61,987 nt of DNA from Clostridia bacterium (GCA_017397545.1 JAFQIK010000037.1:1-61987), one strand, 5' to 3'. Shown: positions 19,889 through 29,895, numbered from the stretch's first letter. Notes: generated by a model not told the origin, from the letters alone. Translations and numbers: made by a program.

Positions 19889-21121
19889 CTAGTTCTTTAG
19901 TACTTTTTTTAAATCTTTAGAATATTTTTTAAGTTCTTGGAAACAATTATATGCCTCTTCGACCTCCTTCCTATTTATAGAAACATAACCTCTTTCTTTA
20001 TTTCCTGCTGGTAAGTCAAGAATTAAAGTATTATTGTCAATTCCATCCCAGCCGTTCCCTACTATTTCTATTAGTTTTGGATTCTTTTTCATAATTTCGT
20101 CATAATCAACAAATAGTGTGTTTATATTACTTTGCATATATATTTTTAGTGTTTTGTTGTTTCTAAATTCTTTTATTTTAGTTTTGCTAAATATAAAAAT
20201 TCTATCTATTTTTGCACCTCTGTTTGCAGCATCTAAATTAGCTACTCTAAAATTCATTTCTGCAGGTTCTTCTGTCCATTCATCTTCCATCATAGTAGAT
20301 GCACACCATAAATATGAATCTTTGTTTAAGCTTTTAAAATAGAAATCTAAAACTTTATAAAATTCTCCTGCACAAAATGCTTTTGTTTTTCCATCTTTAT
20401 TAAACTGTATGTATCCTGCATTTGTAGTTATTGAATTTCCTGTAGTATTTTTGTATTTAATTACCATATCTGCAACATCTATTGCTACTTCTTGATAATC
20501 AATTAGTAAATTACCTTTAGTTGGAATATCCAGATTTACAGCATTTATTCTAAGTCCTATTTCTTCTTTAAATTCTTTTGCTAGTTTTTGTTCTAGTTTT
20601 GTTTTTACATCACTTACATTATTTACTAAAACTATACTAGAAGTACAATTCATTTTTTTAGCAAATTCTCTTATTAAAAACTCACTATTTTTGCCTGTTT
20701 TTTCTGATTCTATAAATACCATACTATCGTAATATTTTTCTGTGTTTTTGATAGTTTGTACTATTTTATCTGTGCTAGTAAAATCCATTTGCAGTAATTG
20801 CAAATCAGCTTCATTTTTTATATTTATTACTTGATTTTCTTCATAAATTCCTGTTATTGTGTATCCTTCTTTTTTTAGAAGCGGAATTAAATAATTTCCT
20901 ACCTCGTTATTAATATTTAGAATTACTACAGATTTTTTAGTTTTTACATATTTAGAAATTTTTGTTCTTTTATCGTATGGTTTAAGCGTATCTTCTGGTA
21001 TATTCCATTGTCTTCCGTTTTTTACAGCACCATTTATTCTGTTTTCCATACAAAGTTTTATTATTCTTCTTTCTGATATTCCCCATTTATCAGAAAATTG
21101 TTTTGCTGTTAAATATCCCAT
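19889..21121 (-). CDS. HTH-domain protein with uncharacterised middle and C-terminal domains
   Basis: 410-aa ORF; N-terminal MerR/excisionase-like HTH LTAKQFSDKWGISERRIIKLC. Confidence 0.55.
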   Translation of the reverse strand: MGYLTAKQFSDKWGISERRIIKLCMENRINGAVKNGRQWNIPEDTLKPYDKRTKISKYVKTKKSVVILNINNEVGNYLIPLLKKEGYTITGIYEENQVINIKNEADLQLLQMDFTSTDKIVQTIKNTEKYYDSMVFIESEKTGKNSEFLIREFAKKMNCTSSIVLVNNVSDVKTKLEQKLAKEFKEEIGLRINAVNLDIPTKGNLLIDYQEVAIDVADMVIKYKNTTGNSITTNAGYIQFNKDGKTKAFCAGEFYKVLDFYFKSLNKDSYLWCASTMMEDEWTEEPAEMNFRVANLDAANRGAKIDRIFIFSKTKIKEFRNNKTLKIYMQSNINTLFVDYDEIMKKNPKLIEIVGNGWDGIDNNTLILDLPAGNKERGYVSINRKEVEEAYNCFQELKKYSKDLKKVLKN

Positions 21122-21260
21122 TTAATCCCACCTCCTTTTTGTATTGTTCTTTATTCGGAATAATGTTTGTATTTTATATTTTATACCATTTTCGGAACAA
21201 TGTCAATAAAGTTTGCAAAATAATTGTGTTTTGTTGTTTCAGAATTTGCTTCGAGGAAAC

Positions 21261-21342
21261 GGGTCGCTGTGGGCAGCGACCCCTACATTTTGTTTTTTAA
21301 GCAATTGCTTCGAAGAGCGGGCGACTACTAGTCGCCCCTACA
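21261..21342. repeat. two REP-like elements in a divergent intergenic region
   Basis: GGGTCGCTGTGGGCAGCGACCCCTACA (identical copy at 61959..61985) and CTTCGAAGAGCGGGCGACTACTAGTCGCCCCTACA (identical copy at 51070..51104). Confidence 0.85.
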
Positions 21343-21449
21343 TTTTCTCTACAAATTCTAATTCATAATAAAGTTCAACTTTTTAGATATCAAAAAAGTC
21401 TATTCAAATTTATGTAAAATGTGGTATAATTTTATATAGGAGTGTTTTT

Positions 21450-22259
21450 ATGTTTAAAGGTAGTATTGATAAATTAAATGAACTAATTAAATATATAGAA
21501 GATAATTTGGACAAAGAGTTGGAATACAAAACACTTGCAAATATTTTATGTGTTAATGAGTATTCTCTTCATAGGATATTTTATTTTGTAACAAACATGT
21601 CTTTAGCTGAGTATATAAGAAAAAGAAGATTAACTGTTGCTTGTACAGATTTATTAAATGGAGTAAAAGTTATTGATGTTTCTGTTAAATATGGTTATGA
21701 ATCAGCAACTTCTTTTGGAAGAGCATTTAAAAAAATGATGGGGTTTAGTCCAAAGGATATTTTAAAGAACAAAAATAATTTAAAAGCTTTGCCTGTTTTT
21801 GATTTTACTAAAATCAGTAAAGCTTCTGAAGAAATAAATTATTCAATAGTTAAAAATATAACTTTTAATTTATATACCGTTAGTAAGTCTATGCCTATTG
21901 ATATTATTCCAGATGTTGCTTCTCCTTTTTGGGATGAAATGCTTTCAAATAAAGACTTTATTTTTGAAGACAAGAGATATGGAATAGTTGAATACGATAA
22001 ATTTACAGAAGAACCTCAAATGGCTACATATCATATAGCTAGCACTTGTAATTTTAAAGGAAGTAAAAGCTATGTCATAGAAAATAAAACTTTCTTAAAA
22101 TTTAGTATAGATAGCAGAAAAGCAATTGATATTAGTAGTTTTACTAATATGATATATGCTTGTGTTATACCATATTTAGGATATAACTTAGATACAATTC
22201 CTGATATAGAAGAATATGAAGGAGAAATTACTACTAATATTTATATACCAATAATATGA
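21450..22259 (+). CDS. AraC family transcriptional regulator with GyrI-like effector-binding domain
   Basis: 269-aa ORF; N-terminal AraC HTH (YIRKRRL..., GYESATSFGRAFKKMMGFSP). Confidence 0.8.
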   Translation: MFKGSIDKLNELIKYIEDNLDKELEYKTLANILCVNEYSLHRIFYFVTNMSLAEYIRKRRLTVACTDLLNGVKVIDVSVKYGYESATSFGRAFKKMMGFSPKDILKNKNNLKALPVFDFTKISKASEEINYSIVKNITFNLYTVSKSMPIDIIPDVASPFWDEMLSNKDFIFEDKRYGIVEYDKFTEEPQMATYHIASTCNFKGSKSYVIENKTFLKFSIDSRKAIDISSFTNMIYACVIPYLGYNLDTIPDIEEYEGEITTNIYIPII

Positions 22260-22279
22260 AAAATAATTTTGGTTAATAC

Positions 22280-22306
22280 GGTCTGTCGAGGACGCCAGCC
22301 CCTACA
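22280..22306. repeat. degenerate REP-like element
   Basis: CGGTCTGTCGAGGACGCCAGCCCCTACA. Confidence 0.5.
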
Positions 22307-22366
22307 TGTGATTTTTCCATTATATAAAAAATAATCCTCTGTATTTTAGTTTTACAGAGGATTTTT

Positions 22367-23173
22367 TTATGTTCCTGTACTTCTATATTTTTTTAATGCT
22401 AAATCCCATAGCTTTACCGCAATTATCCATAGTATAATTGCAATTAATGGTGATAAATAGAGCATATATTTATCCATTCCTAAATAGTTCATTGTTGGAT
22501 AATATGCAACAAATGCAAATGGTAATATTACAGTTATTAATATTTTTATAAATTTGTTATATATATCTATTGGATATTGTGCAAAAGTATATATTCTATC
22601 AAATGACCATATTATTTCATTTGATCTATGTGTCCAAAATGATGTAATACTAAATATTGTATCAATTGCACCAATAATTGCAGCTCCACATATGCTAAAA
22701 ACTATTATTTTTATAATTAATAGTGCCGTTACTGGTATAGCAAGTTCTATAAACATAATAATCGTCATTATCAACCCTAATACTAAATATCCAAATGCTA
22801 CAAATTCTTTTGTTGATCCTATTATAGATATTATTGGATGGACTGGTCTTAATAATATTTTATCAAATTCTCCATTTCTTATATATGTAGGGCCTAATTC
22901 GTACAAGCCATCAAATAAAAATGTTTTTAGCGCAACTGAAATTAAAGTTATACCATATAATAATAGAATCTGTTTAAAGTTCCATCCAGCTAAATTTTCT
23001 GTATTTTGAAATACTATCCATATAAATATTATTTCTACTAATTGAGTAATAATTTGAGATACCATTCCTACTAAACAATCTAGTCTATATATTAGCATTT
23101 CTCTTAATGACGCACTCAAAAATGAAAAATACAATTTTATATTATCTAAAGCTTTAGTCATTTTATCCTCCAT
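22367..23173 (-). CDS. ABC-2 type transporter permease
   Basis: 268-aa multi-TM ORF, last gene of the ATPase + two-permease operon. Confidence 0.7.
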   Translation of the reverse strand: MEDKMTKALDNIKLYFSFLSASLREMLIYRLDCLVGMVSQIITQLVEIIFIWIVFQNTENLAGWNFKQILLLYGITLISVALKTFLFDGLYELGPTYIRNGEFDKILLRPVHPIISIIGSTKEFVAFGYLVLGLIMTIIMFIELAIPVTALLIIKIIVFSICGAAIIGAIDTIFSITSFWTHRSNEIIWSFDRIYTFAQYPIDIYNKFIKILITVILPFAFVAYYPTMNYLGMDKYMLYLSPLIAIILWIIAVKLWDLALKKYRSTGT

Positions 23174-23954
23174 TTATTGTTATCTTTTTTATAGAATAAT
23201 TAAAAAATATTTTTGCAATCACATATAAAATGATTGTCCATATTAATTGCTTTAATATTACAAATATTATTTCATTTGTAGGTACTTGTCCTAACCAAAT
23301 ATTTATTGGAGTATATATTAAATCTTTAAATGGTAATATATTCGCTATTTTTTGAAACCACATTGGAAATAAAGCAATTGGTGCAATTATTCCAGAAAAA
23401 ATAGATATAATTGCATCTTTTAATATTTCCATCCCCCAAATAGAACTACTATAAAATCCAACAGTTCCTACTATTACTTCAATAAAAAATGTTAATGGTA
23501 TTCCTAACATTATTACTATTAAAAATAATATAAAACTAGTTAAATTTGCAGGTAAAATTATTGTCCAAAACACACTACAAATTACAAATGTCGCAATTCC
23601 AATAACTAATGCAAATGCCATTTCTCCTAAATTAACTCCAAAACAATATTGAAAATACGAAATAGGATTTAGTAATTCCTTATTTATTTTACCATTTCGT
23701 ATAGAATATGCTATGTCTGAATTAATGCTAAACAGTGCAATTGGTCTTATTGATACTGTTAAAATATAATATGTAACTAATTGATTAATAGTAAATCCTC
23801 CTGCATCACCTGTTTGATTATATATTGCTTGCCATACGAAAATATATACTATTACTTCTATAATTCTATTTAATGTCCATAAATAGAAATTTGATTTATA
23901 AATGTTGTACTGGTTAAATTGCATTTTTGCAAGTGCTAGCATTGTTTTTAACAT
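23163..23954 (-). CDS. ABC-2 type transporter permease (start taken at MLKTMLALAK)
   Basis: multi-TM ORF; ATG at 23954 overlaps the ATPase stop (ATGTTAA); the ORF-track N-terminal extension to 24032 overlaps the ATPase. Confidence 0.7.
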   Translation of the reverse strand: MLKTMLALAKMQFNQYNIYKSNFYLWTLNRIIEVIVYIFVWQAIYNQTGDAGGFTINQLVTYYILTVSIRPIALFSINSDIAYSIRNGKINKELLNPISYFQYCFGVNLGEMAFALVIGIATFVICSVFWTIILPANLTSFILFLIVIMLGIPLTFFIEVIVGTVGFYSSSIWGMEILKDAIISIFSGIIAPIALFPMWFQKIANILPFKDLIYTPINIWLGQVPTNEIIFVILKQLIWTIILYVIAKIFFNYSIKKITINGG

Positions 23955-24946
23955 TTGTGTGCTCCTTTGTATATTTCTTTTAATATATCTTCTAATTCCG
24001 CTTCCTTCATATGTATATCTTCTATTTTGCAATAATTAGATATTTGCTCCATTACTTTTACAATGGTTGTTTCCTCATGTTTAAATTTTAGTTTTAATTG
24101 ATTTTCTGTCTCTTCTAATATTTCTATTTCATCTATTCTTATATTGTCATTTATATTTAAATTTTTATCTTTAACAGTAAACTCTGCTATTACGTATTTA
24201 CCATATGTATCTTTAAATTTTTGTTTACTTCCATCATAAATTATTTGCCCTTTATCCAACAATATTATTCTGTCACATACATCTTCAATATCTTTTAAAT
24301 CATGTGTTGTTAGTATAACTGTTACATTTTTTTCTTTATTTATTTCTTTTATAAATTTTCTAATGTTTTCTTTAACAAAAACATCTAGTCCTATTGTTGG
24401 TTCATCTAAATATACTATTTTAGGATTGTGCAAGAAAGCTGCTGCTATTTCGCATCTCATTTTTTGACCCAAACTCAAATTCTTTACTTGTTTTTCTAGT
24501 AATTCGTCTAACTCCAATATTTCTGTAAATTTTTTTAAATTTTTTCTATATTCTCCTTCTGGAATTTTATACATTTTCTTTATAAGTCTAAATGATTCAA
24601 TTACGGGTAAATCCCACCAAAGCTGAGTTTTTTGTCCAAATACTGCACCTATATTTTTATTGTTTTCAATTCTACTTTTATATGGTTTTAGATTGTTTAC
24701 TATAACTTCTCCAGACGTAGGAGTAAGTAAACCTGTTAGCATTTTTATTGTAGTTGATTTTCCTGCTCCATTTTCTCCAATATATCCAACCAATTCTCCC
24801 TCTTCTATACTGAAATTTATGCCTTTAACTGCATCAAATTCTTTATATTTAGGTTTTACTAAATTTTTAAAATATCCAAAAAGGCCACTTTCTTTCTGAA
24901 TTACTTGATACGTTTTTACTAAATTTTCAACTTTTATCATCGCCAT
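23948..24946 (-). CDS. ABC transporter ATP-binding protein
   Basis: 332-aa ORF; Walker A GENGAGKST, signature LSLGQKMR, Walker B VYLDEPT. Confidence 0.9.
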   Translation of the reverse strand: MAMIKVENLVKTYQVIQKESGLFGYFKNLVKPKYKEFDAVKGINFSIEEGELVGYIGENGAGKSTTIKMLTGLLTPTSGEVIVNNLKPYKSRIENNKNIGAVFGQKTQLWWDLPVIESFRLIKKMYKIPEGEYRKNLKKFTEILELDELLEKQVKNLSLGQKMRCEIAAAFLHNPKIVYLDEPTIGLDVFVKENIRKFIKEINKEKNVTVILTTHDLKDIEDVCDRIILLDKGQIIYDGSKQKFKDTYGKYVIAEFTVKDKNLNINDNIRIDEIEILEETENQLKLKFKHEETTIVKVMEQISNYCKIEDIHMKEAELEDILKEIYKGAHKC

Positions 24947-24956
24947 TTTATACCTC

Positions 24957-25202
24957 TTATTTTATATTTACAAATTCTATATCTTCTTTTTTATATTCCT
25001 CTGGTTTTAGTCCTATGCTTGTTCTCATATAGTCTAAAACTACTACTATAATAGCTAAGAATAAAAGTCCAACTATTAAATATGAATTTTCTACACATAT
25101 TATATCTAGTAGTAATCCTCCTAATATATACCATACCGATTCCACCAACCAACTTTCCAAGATTTTTTCTATATATATATCATAAAAGCAGATAAGTATC
25201 AA
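24957..25202 (-). CDS. small membrane protein
   Basis: 81-aa ORF with two hydrophobic segments, 10 nt upstream of the ABC ATPase gene. Confidence 0.45.
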   Translation of the reverse strand: MILICFYDIYIEKILESWLVESVWYILGGLLLDIICVENSYLIVGLLFLAIIVVVLDYMRTSIGLKPEEYKKEDIEFVNIK

Positions 25203-25232
25203 CTACTTATCTGCTTAATGTTTTTATTAATA

Positions 25233-25862
25233 TTATTGAATTTTGCAATCTGATATATCAGGTTTTACAATATCTTCATCTTTTACTATATCAAAAGAAT
25301 AATAACGATTTGTTATATATGTAAAATCCATTACTCTTATTATAATTCCTGTTTCTTTTTCTACCCATATTTTATAATCTTTTGATAATTCTATTGAATA
25401 ACATTCTTTATTATTACATTCTTCTGTTTTTAATTTTGATGTAAGTGCTAATGGTATTTTGAATTTAATATCATCATACTCACTAATTGTATTAACATAT
25501 ACTGGTGATATATTTCCATTTGCTAATAGCACTTTATCTTCTCCAGCTTGTATAATTACTATTTTTTCATCATCTTTATTGTATGCGATAATTTTTCTTT
25601 CATCTAAAATATTATGATTAAAAGTTTGTGATGTACTTAAAAGATTTCCATCTTTATAGTATGTTTTTGTTAATGTCACAGAATCATTTGTTAAACCATA
25701 TGTATCTACCACAAAATTTGTTTTGCCTACATAATCTTTAGATACATTTACAAGTTTTGTTATGATTATATATTTTCTTAATGTAAATATGGCAAATACT
25801 ACAAGTAAAGCTAATACTACAAGTAATAATTTTTTCCATAATTTCATTCTTTTCTTCTCCAT
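25233..25862 (-). CDS. membrane-anchored hypothetical protein
   Basis: 209-aa ORF with an N-terminal TM helix. Confidence 0.55.
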   Translation of the reverse strand: MEKKRMKLWKKLLLVVLALLVVFAIFTLRKYIIITKLVNVSKDYVGKTNFVVDTYGLTNDSVTLTKTYYKDGNLLSTSQTFNHNILDERKIIAYNKDDEKIVIIQAGEDKVLLANGNISPVYVNTISEYDDIKFKIPLALTSKLKTEECNNKECYSIELSKDYKIWVEKETGIIIRVMDFTYITNRYYSFDIVKDEDIVKPDISDCKIQ

Positions 25863-26005
25863 ATAAATCTCCTCCTCTTTTGTGCAACCAAGCTATCTTG
25901 AGTTCTTTTAGAACTTTTAGACCTTTGGCTTTGCGTACATAAACTTTCGTTTATTTTGCCTTTTTACAATATCTAATTATATTTTAGCATATTTTGCTAT
26001 TTTTT

Positions 26006-26695
26006 TCAAGATTTACCTCCTTTCCACTCTTCTTCTGATTGCACTTTCATATTTTTATTCCATATTTCTTTTAAGTTATTCTTTGTATCTTTAATAAGTA
26101 TCTTTTCAATATAATCATCTAGCATAAAGGATATTTCTAAACCACTACTATCAAATTCAACACCTTTAGGCAATTGTTTTGCAGCAATATTGTAATATAT
26201 TTCAGTTTCTCCACTTTCTAATTCGTATCCTCCAGTTAAATACATATTCTTATATTCATCAGAGTATAAATAAACTTGTAATGTTTTATATTTAATCGTT
26301 TCTCCTGTTGTTTCATTTCTACCTTCATTTTCTTTTATATACATATAATCTACATTAAATTTATTTACATCTACATATAATAGTCTATCTATCAAAATAT
26401 TTTTATTAACTACATTAAAAGCAAAGACAATTAATAAAATACTTATAGTTATTGCAATAGATAAAATTACAATAGTTTTTTTTCTTTTTTTAAATCCTTT
26501 TAAATAATCTATTTTTTCATCTTGATTACCTGTATATGAGATGTCTATATCTTTATTCATTTTTTCTAATACAATTTTACAATTCTTACATTGTTGTAAA
26601 TGCTCTTCAACTAACGAATTAGTTGCTTTACTTGATATTTTATCGCTATAGCTTGGTAATAAATCTTGAATAATATCACACTCTAATGTTTTCAT
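26006..26695 (-). CDS. anti-sigma factor (zf-HC2 type), single-pass membrane protein
   Basis: N-terminal C..H..C..C motif (CDIIQDLLP...HLQQCKNCK), central TM; overlaps the sigma gene by 4 nt. Confidence 0.75.
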   Translation of the reverse strand: MKTLECDIIQDLLPSYSDKISSKATNSLVEEHLQQCKNCKIVLEKMNKDIDISYTGNQDEKIDYLKGFKKRKKTIVILSIAITISILLIVFAFNVVNKNILIDRLLYVDVNKFNVDYMYIKENEGRNETTGETIKYKTLQVYLYSDEYKNMYLTGGYELESGETEIYYNIAAKQLPKGVEFDSSGLEISFMLDDYIEKILIKDTKNNLKEIWNKNMKVQSEEEWKGGKS

Positions 26696-27174
26696 ATAAT
26701 ATCCTCCTTACTTAATTTTTGTTTTCCTCTAAAGAATGTCACTCTAGCCCAATTTTCGCTTTTGTTCAAAATTTTCCCTATTTCTTTAAAAGTTAAATCT
26801 CCTGTGAGTCTTAAATACATTACTTCTCTAGTAATAACATCTAAATTTTGAAGGGCTTCATATAATCTTAATTTGTTATCATTTTTAATACACTCTTCTT
26901 CAATACTTTTATTGTCTGTAATTTCTAATTCATCAATAGGTATTATATTTCTTAAATTATGTTTTTTAGTTTCTTTATAAAGAATTTTTTTCGCAATTGA
27001 ACAAAGCCATACAGAAATCTTACATTCTCCTCTAAAATTATCTATCTGATTTATTGCTACAACAAATGTTTCTTGCATAATTTCTTCTGACAATTCTTTA
27101 TCTCTTGTTATAGAAAAAATATAGTTTTTTATTAAATTAGCATATTCACTATAGATTTCATCAATATTTTTCAT
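26692..27174 (-). CDS. RNA polymerase sigma-70 family factor (ECF-like)
   Basis: regions 2 and 4 recognisable (QETFVVAI, VMYLRLTGDLTFKEIGKILNKSENWARVTFFRGKQKL); start taken at MKNIDEIY. Confidence 0.8.
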   Translation of the reverse strand: MKNIDEIYSEYANLIKNYIFSITRDKELSEEIMQETFVVAINQIDNFRGECKISVWLCSIAKKILYKETKKHNLRNIIPIDELEITDNKSIEEECIKNDNKLRLYEALQNLDVITREVMYLRLTGDLTFKEIGKILNKSENWARVTFFRGKQKLSKEDII

Positions 27175-27282
27175 TATCTTGTACCCTTCTATAAATATAG
27201 TGTTAAATTTTATCAATTTCGTTACAACATTAATAATATTTTTTTAATTGTATCACAAATTATAAAATACATATTTTATTTT

Positions 27283-27660
27283 ATAATGTAATTATAATAT
27301 TCCTTTTTCCAAATCCCTTGAAACATCTGCATTATACCTTTAATCAAATTTGACTTTTTAATGTAATTATAATGTGGTTTTTTTGCATTTTAATGTAATT
27401 TTAATGTAATTTTGTGATTTTTTTTTGAAATTTATTGAAACTTTTAGAACTTTTTAGAAACTTTTAGATTTTAGATTTTTTCCAAAACTCGCTATTTTTC
27501 GGCATTTTAGCCCTTTTTAGCAAGTTTTAGAAACTTTTAGAAACCTTTAGAAAAAACGGTTTTTGGAGCTTCCAAACAGTTTGATAAGAATCGAAAACCT
27601 TGTGGTTCTAGGGTTTCATTTCGCAAATTTCCATTTTTAATGTAATTTTAATGTAGTTTT
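27283..27660. repeat. repeat block A: TAATGTAATTT repeats + about 10-bp-phased CTTTTAGAAA repeats + tRNA-3'-like fragment
   Basis: direct repeat of block B (29590..29799); about 27570..27640 (GAATCGAAAACC..) resembles the 3' part of the tRNA-Thr gene. Confidence 0.7.
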
Positions 27661-27878
27661 TTATTGATTTTTTCCCATTTTTTCCCGTTTTTTTAATTAT
27701 ACCCGCTTTAGCCGCCAATTTAATTATGATACTATTCACCAATTCAATTGTTTTTTTCTGTTAATTTTTTTCATTTATTAATACTTTCTCTATAAATAGC
27801 AAAATACCTAAAATTATTTAATTGTTTGAATTTAATAATTTTAGGTTATTCTTAAATTGCTTTATAATTTTGTTTTTA

Positions 27879-28337
27879 TTAAAGTTGTTTTCCGCATTTC
27901 TTACAAAAACTAGAATCTGCATCAAGTTGTGCTCCACAATATTTGCAATAAATTGCATTATCTTCTGACATTCCTTCTTTTATTCCCTTAGAAATTTCTT
28001 TAGCTGCAGTTCCCATTGAAGGTGACATTTTTTCAATACCTTCTTTTGCTATAGGCATTCCTTCTTGAACCTTATAAGCCATTATACTTCTTTGATTTCC
28101 AACCACAAAACGTATCATACAACCAATTATAGTAAGGCCAATACCAAACATCTTAAACTTTCTACTCTTTGAACTTAATTCAAACCAACCATCTTCACCC
28201 ATTTCTGGTACTTTTATAACAAATAAACCAATAATAAGCATAATTATACCAATTGATAATACTATTAATCCTGCAACTTTTACCTTTTTATTATTTTTTT
28301 TGAATTGTTCTTCATTTAAATATTCATTCTTTTCCAT
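27879..28337 (-). CDS. zinc-ribbon domain membrane protein
   Basis: start MEKNEY after GGAGGA; two TM segments; C-terminal CKYCG..CKKCG. Confidence 0.6.
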   Translation of the reverse strand: MEKNEYLNEEQFKKNNKKVKVAGLIVLSIGIIMLIIGLFVIKVPEMGEDGWFELSSKSRKFKMFGIGLTIIGCMIRFVVGNQRSIMAYKVQEGMPIAKEGIEKMSPSMGTAAKEISKGIKEGMSEDNAIYCKYCGAQLDADSSFCKKCGKQL

Positions 28338-28459
28338 TTTACATATCCTCCTATGTACTAAATTCATATATTATTATATTTCTTTTTATATTTTTTTGCA
28401 ATATATTATAACAATAAAATTAAATAAAAAATCACTACACTTATTTAGCATAGTGACAA

Positions 28460-28957
28460 TTATTGCTCTTTATTTCTATATGTATTTTCTTTTTTTAACT
28501 TATTTTGTTTTTGGTTGTTTCCATTATTATTTGCTTTTACTAATATTTTTAGTAATTCCGAAAGATTGTCCTTAAATAAATACTTAACAATTACTCTCAC
28601 CAATAAAAATACCTCTGCAATTCCTCCTGTTATAAAAATATTAAATGTAGTATCTGAAAATTGAACTATAGCAAATCCTTTTAATCCGAACCACACATTA
28701 AGAAGTATTAGTTGTCCTATTAATATCCAAATTAAGTAAACCGCATATTTGTACTTTAAGTCTTTCTCTTGTTCTATTTTATCTGCAAACAATTCAACTA
28801 ACTTATCATTCATTCCCCATCTTTTTGTAACTTCATCTATAGGTTTTGTTTCTTCTTGCTTATTTACTTCTGTAATCTTATCTTTTGAATTAAACATTTC
28901 GTTAATTATTTTATCAAAATCTATTTCTTTTTTTGCAGGACTTTTATTATCTCTCAT
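28460..28957 (-). CDS. hypothetical membrane protein
   Basis: 165-aa ORF, two or three TM segments; 4-nt overlap with the ImmA-like gene. Confidence 0.55.
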   Translation of the reverse strand: MRDNKSPAKKEIDFDKIINEMFNSKDKITEVNKQEETKPIDEVTKRWGMNDKLVELFADKIEQEKDLKYKYAVYLIWILIGQLILLNVWFGLKGFAIVQFSDTTFNIFITGGIAEVFLLVRVIVKYLFKDNLSELLKILVKANNNGNNQKQNKLKKENTYRNKEQ

Positions 28958-29439
28958 AATAGATTTAATACATCTAACCTTACTGTCATAGCTGAAATAG
29001 ATACTTTAAATATCTGCGCCAACTCTGTTATTGATGTATTTTCTTCATACATTTTTTCTAATAGTATCTTATTCATAAGTAGAGCTCCTGCAAAATAATC
29101 TACTTCTTTTTCTTTTTCGTCTGGCATTCTATACATAGTATCAATGTGAATTTCATCATTTTCAAGTATATTTCTATGCAAAAAATAATGACCTAATTCA
29201 TGTGCTATTGTAAATCTTTGTCTAACAGCAGAATCATTTTTATTTAACAATATAGCAAATTTTTTATTTTCTTTATCATAGCGTATTGCTCCTGAAATTT
29301 TTTTGTCTAGATCCCCCTCATACACTTCAATATCATTTATTTTTGCAATTTTTAAAATATCAACAGGAATTTTATACATATCATTATCTAATAAAATATT
29401 AGACGTTAATTCTTCTAATCTATTATTAATTTTATTCAT
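28954..29439 (-). CDS. ImmA/IrrE family metallo-endopeptidase
   Basis: 161-aa ORF with HExxH (FTIAHELGHYFLH). Confidence 0.75.
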   Translation of the reverse strand: MNKINNRLEELTSNILLDNDMYKIPVDILKIAKINDIEVYEGDLDKKISGAIRYDKENKKFAILLNKNDSAVRQRFTIAHELGHYFLHRNILENDEIHIDTMYRMPDEKEKEVDYFAGALLMNKILLEKMYEENTSITELAQIFKVSISAMTVRLDVLNLL

Positions 29440-29589
29440 AAAATCCCTCCTTCTATATTTTTAATTATTATATTACAGTTTATTCTTGATTTCAATATTG
29501 AGATACACTTTTTATACTATAAATGCAAAAATTAACATATCCTATTATTTTTTTAGTTATATTAAAATCTAGAATAATATATTATAATT

Positions 29590-29799
29590 TTATAATGTAT
29601 TTTTAATGTAAATATTTTGGTCTTTTTAATGTAATTTTAATGTAGTTTTGAAATCATTTTTAGAAACTTTTAGAACTTTTTAGACACTTTTAGATTTTAT
29701 ATTTGTCCCAAACCTTTCTATTTTTCGCTATTTTAGCTCTTTTTAGAAAACTTTAGAAAGGTTTAGAAACTTTTAGAAATTTACCAAACATCTGTTCAG
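29590..29799. repeat. repeat block B, abutting the 3' end of tRNA-Thr
   Basis: TTTTAATGTAATTTTAATGTAGTTTT followed by multiple TTTTAGAAAC-like units; roughly four-fifths identical to block A by eye. Confidence 0.7.
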
Positions 29800-29875
29800 T
29801 GGGGCTTATAGGCGGAATCGAACCGCCGACCTACAGGTTACGAATCTGTTGCTCTACCAACTGAGCTATATAAGC
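29800..29875 (-). tRNA. tRNA-Thr (anticodon CGT)
   Basis: GCTTATATAGCTCAGTTGGTAGAGCAACAGATTCGTAACCTGTAGGTCGGCGGTTCGATTCCGCCTATAAGCCCCA folds as a cloverleaf; CCA encoded. Confidence 0.9.
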
Positions 29876-29895
29876 ATATTAATCATATATCATAA

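Noticed and set aside
27420-27560. Possible CRISPR array suggested by the tandem TTTTAGAAAC repeats
   Set aside because: The repeat period is only about 10 to 11 bp with no unique spacers, and there are no cas genes. This fits iteron or operator-like tandem repeats better.
27570-27640. A possible second tRNA gene in repeat block A
   Set aside because: It has only patchy similarity to the tRNA-Thr 3' part and cannot fold into a cloverleaf. I interpret it as a decayed att-like duplication.
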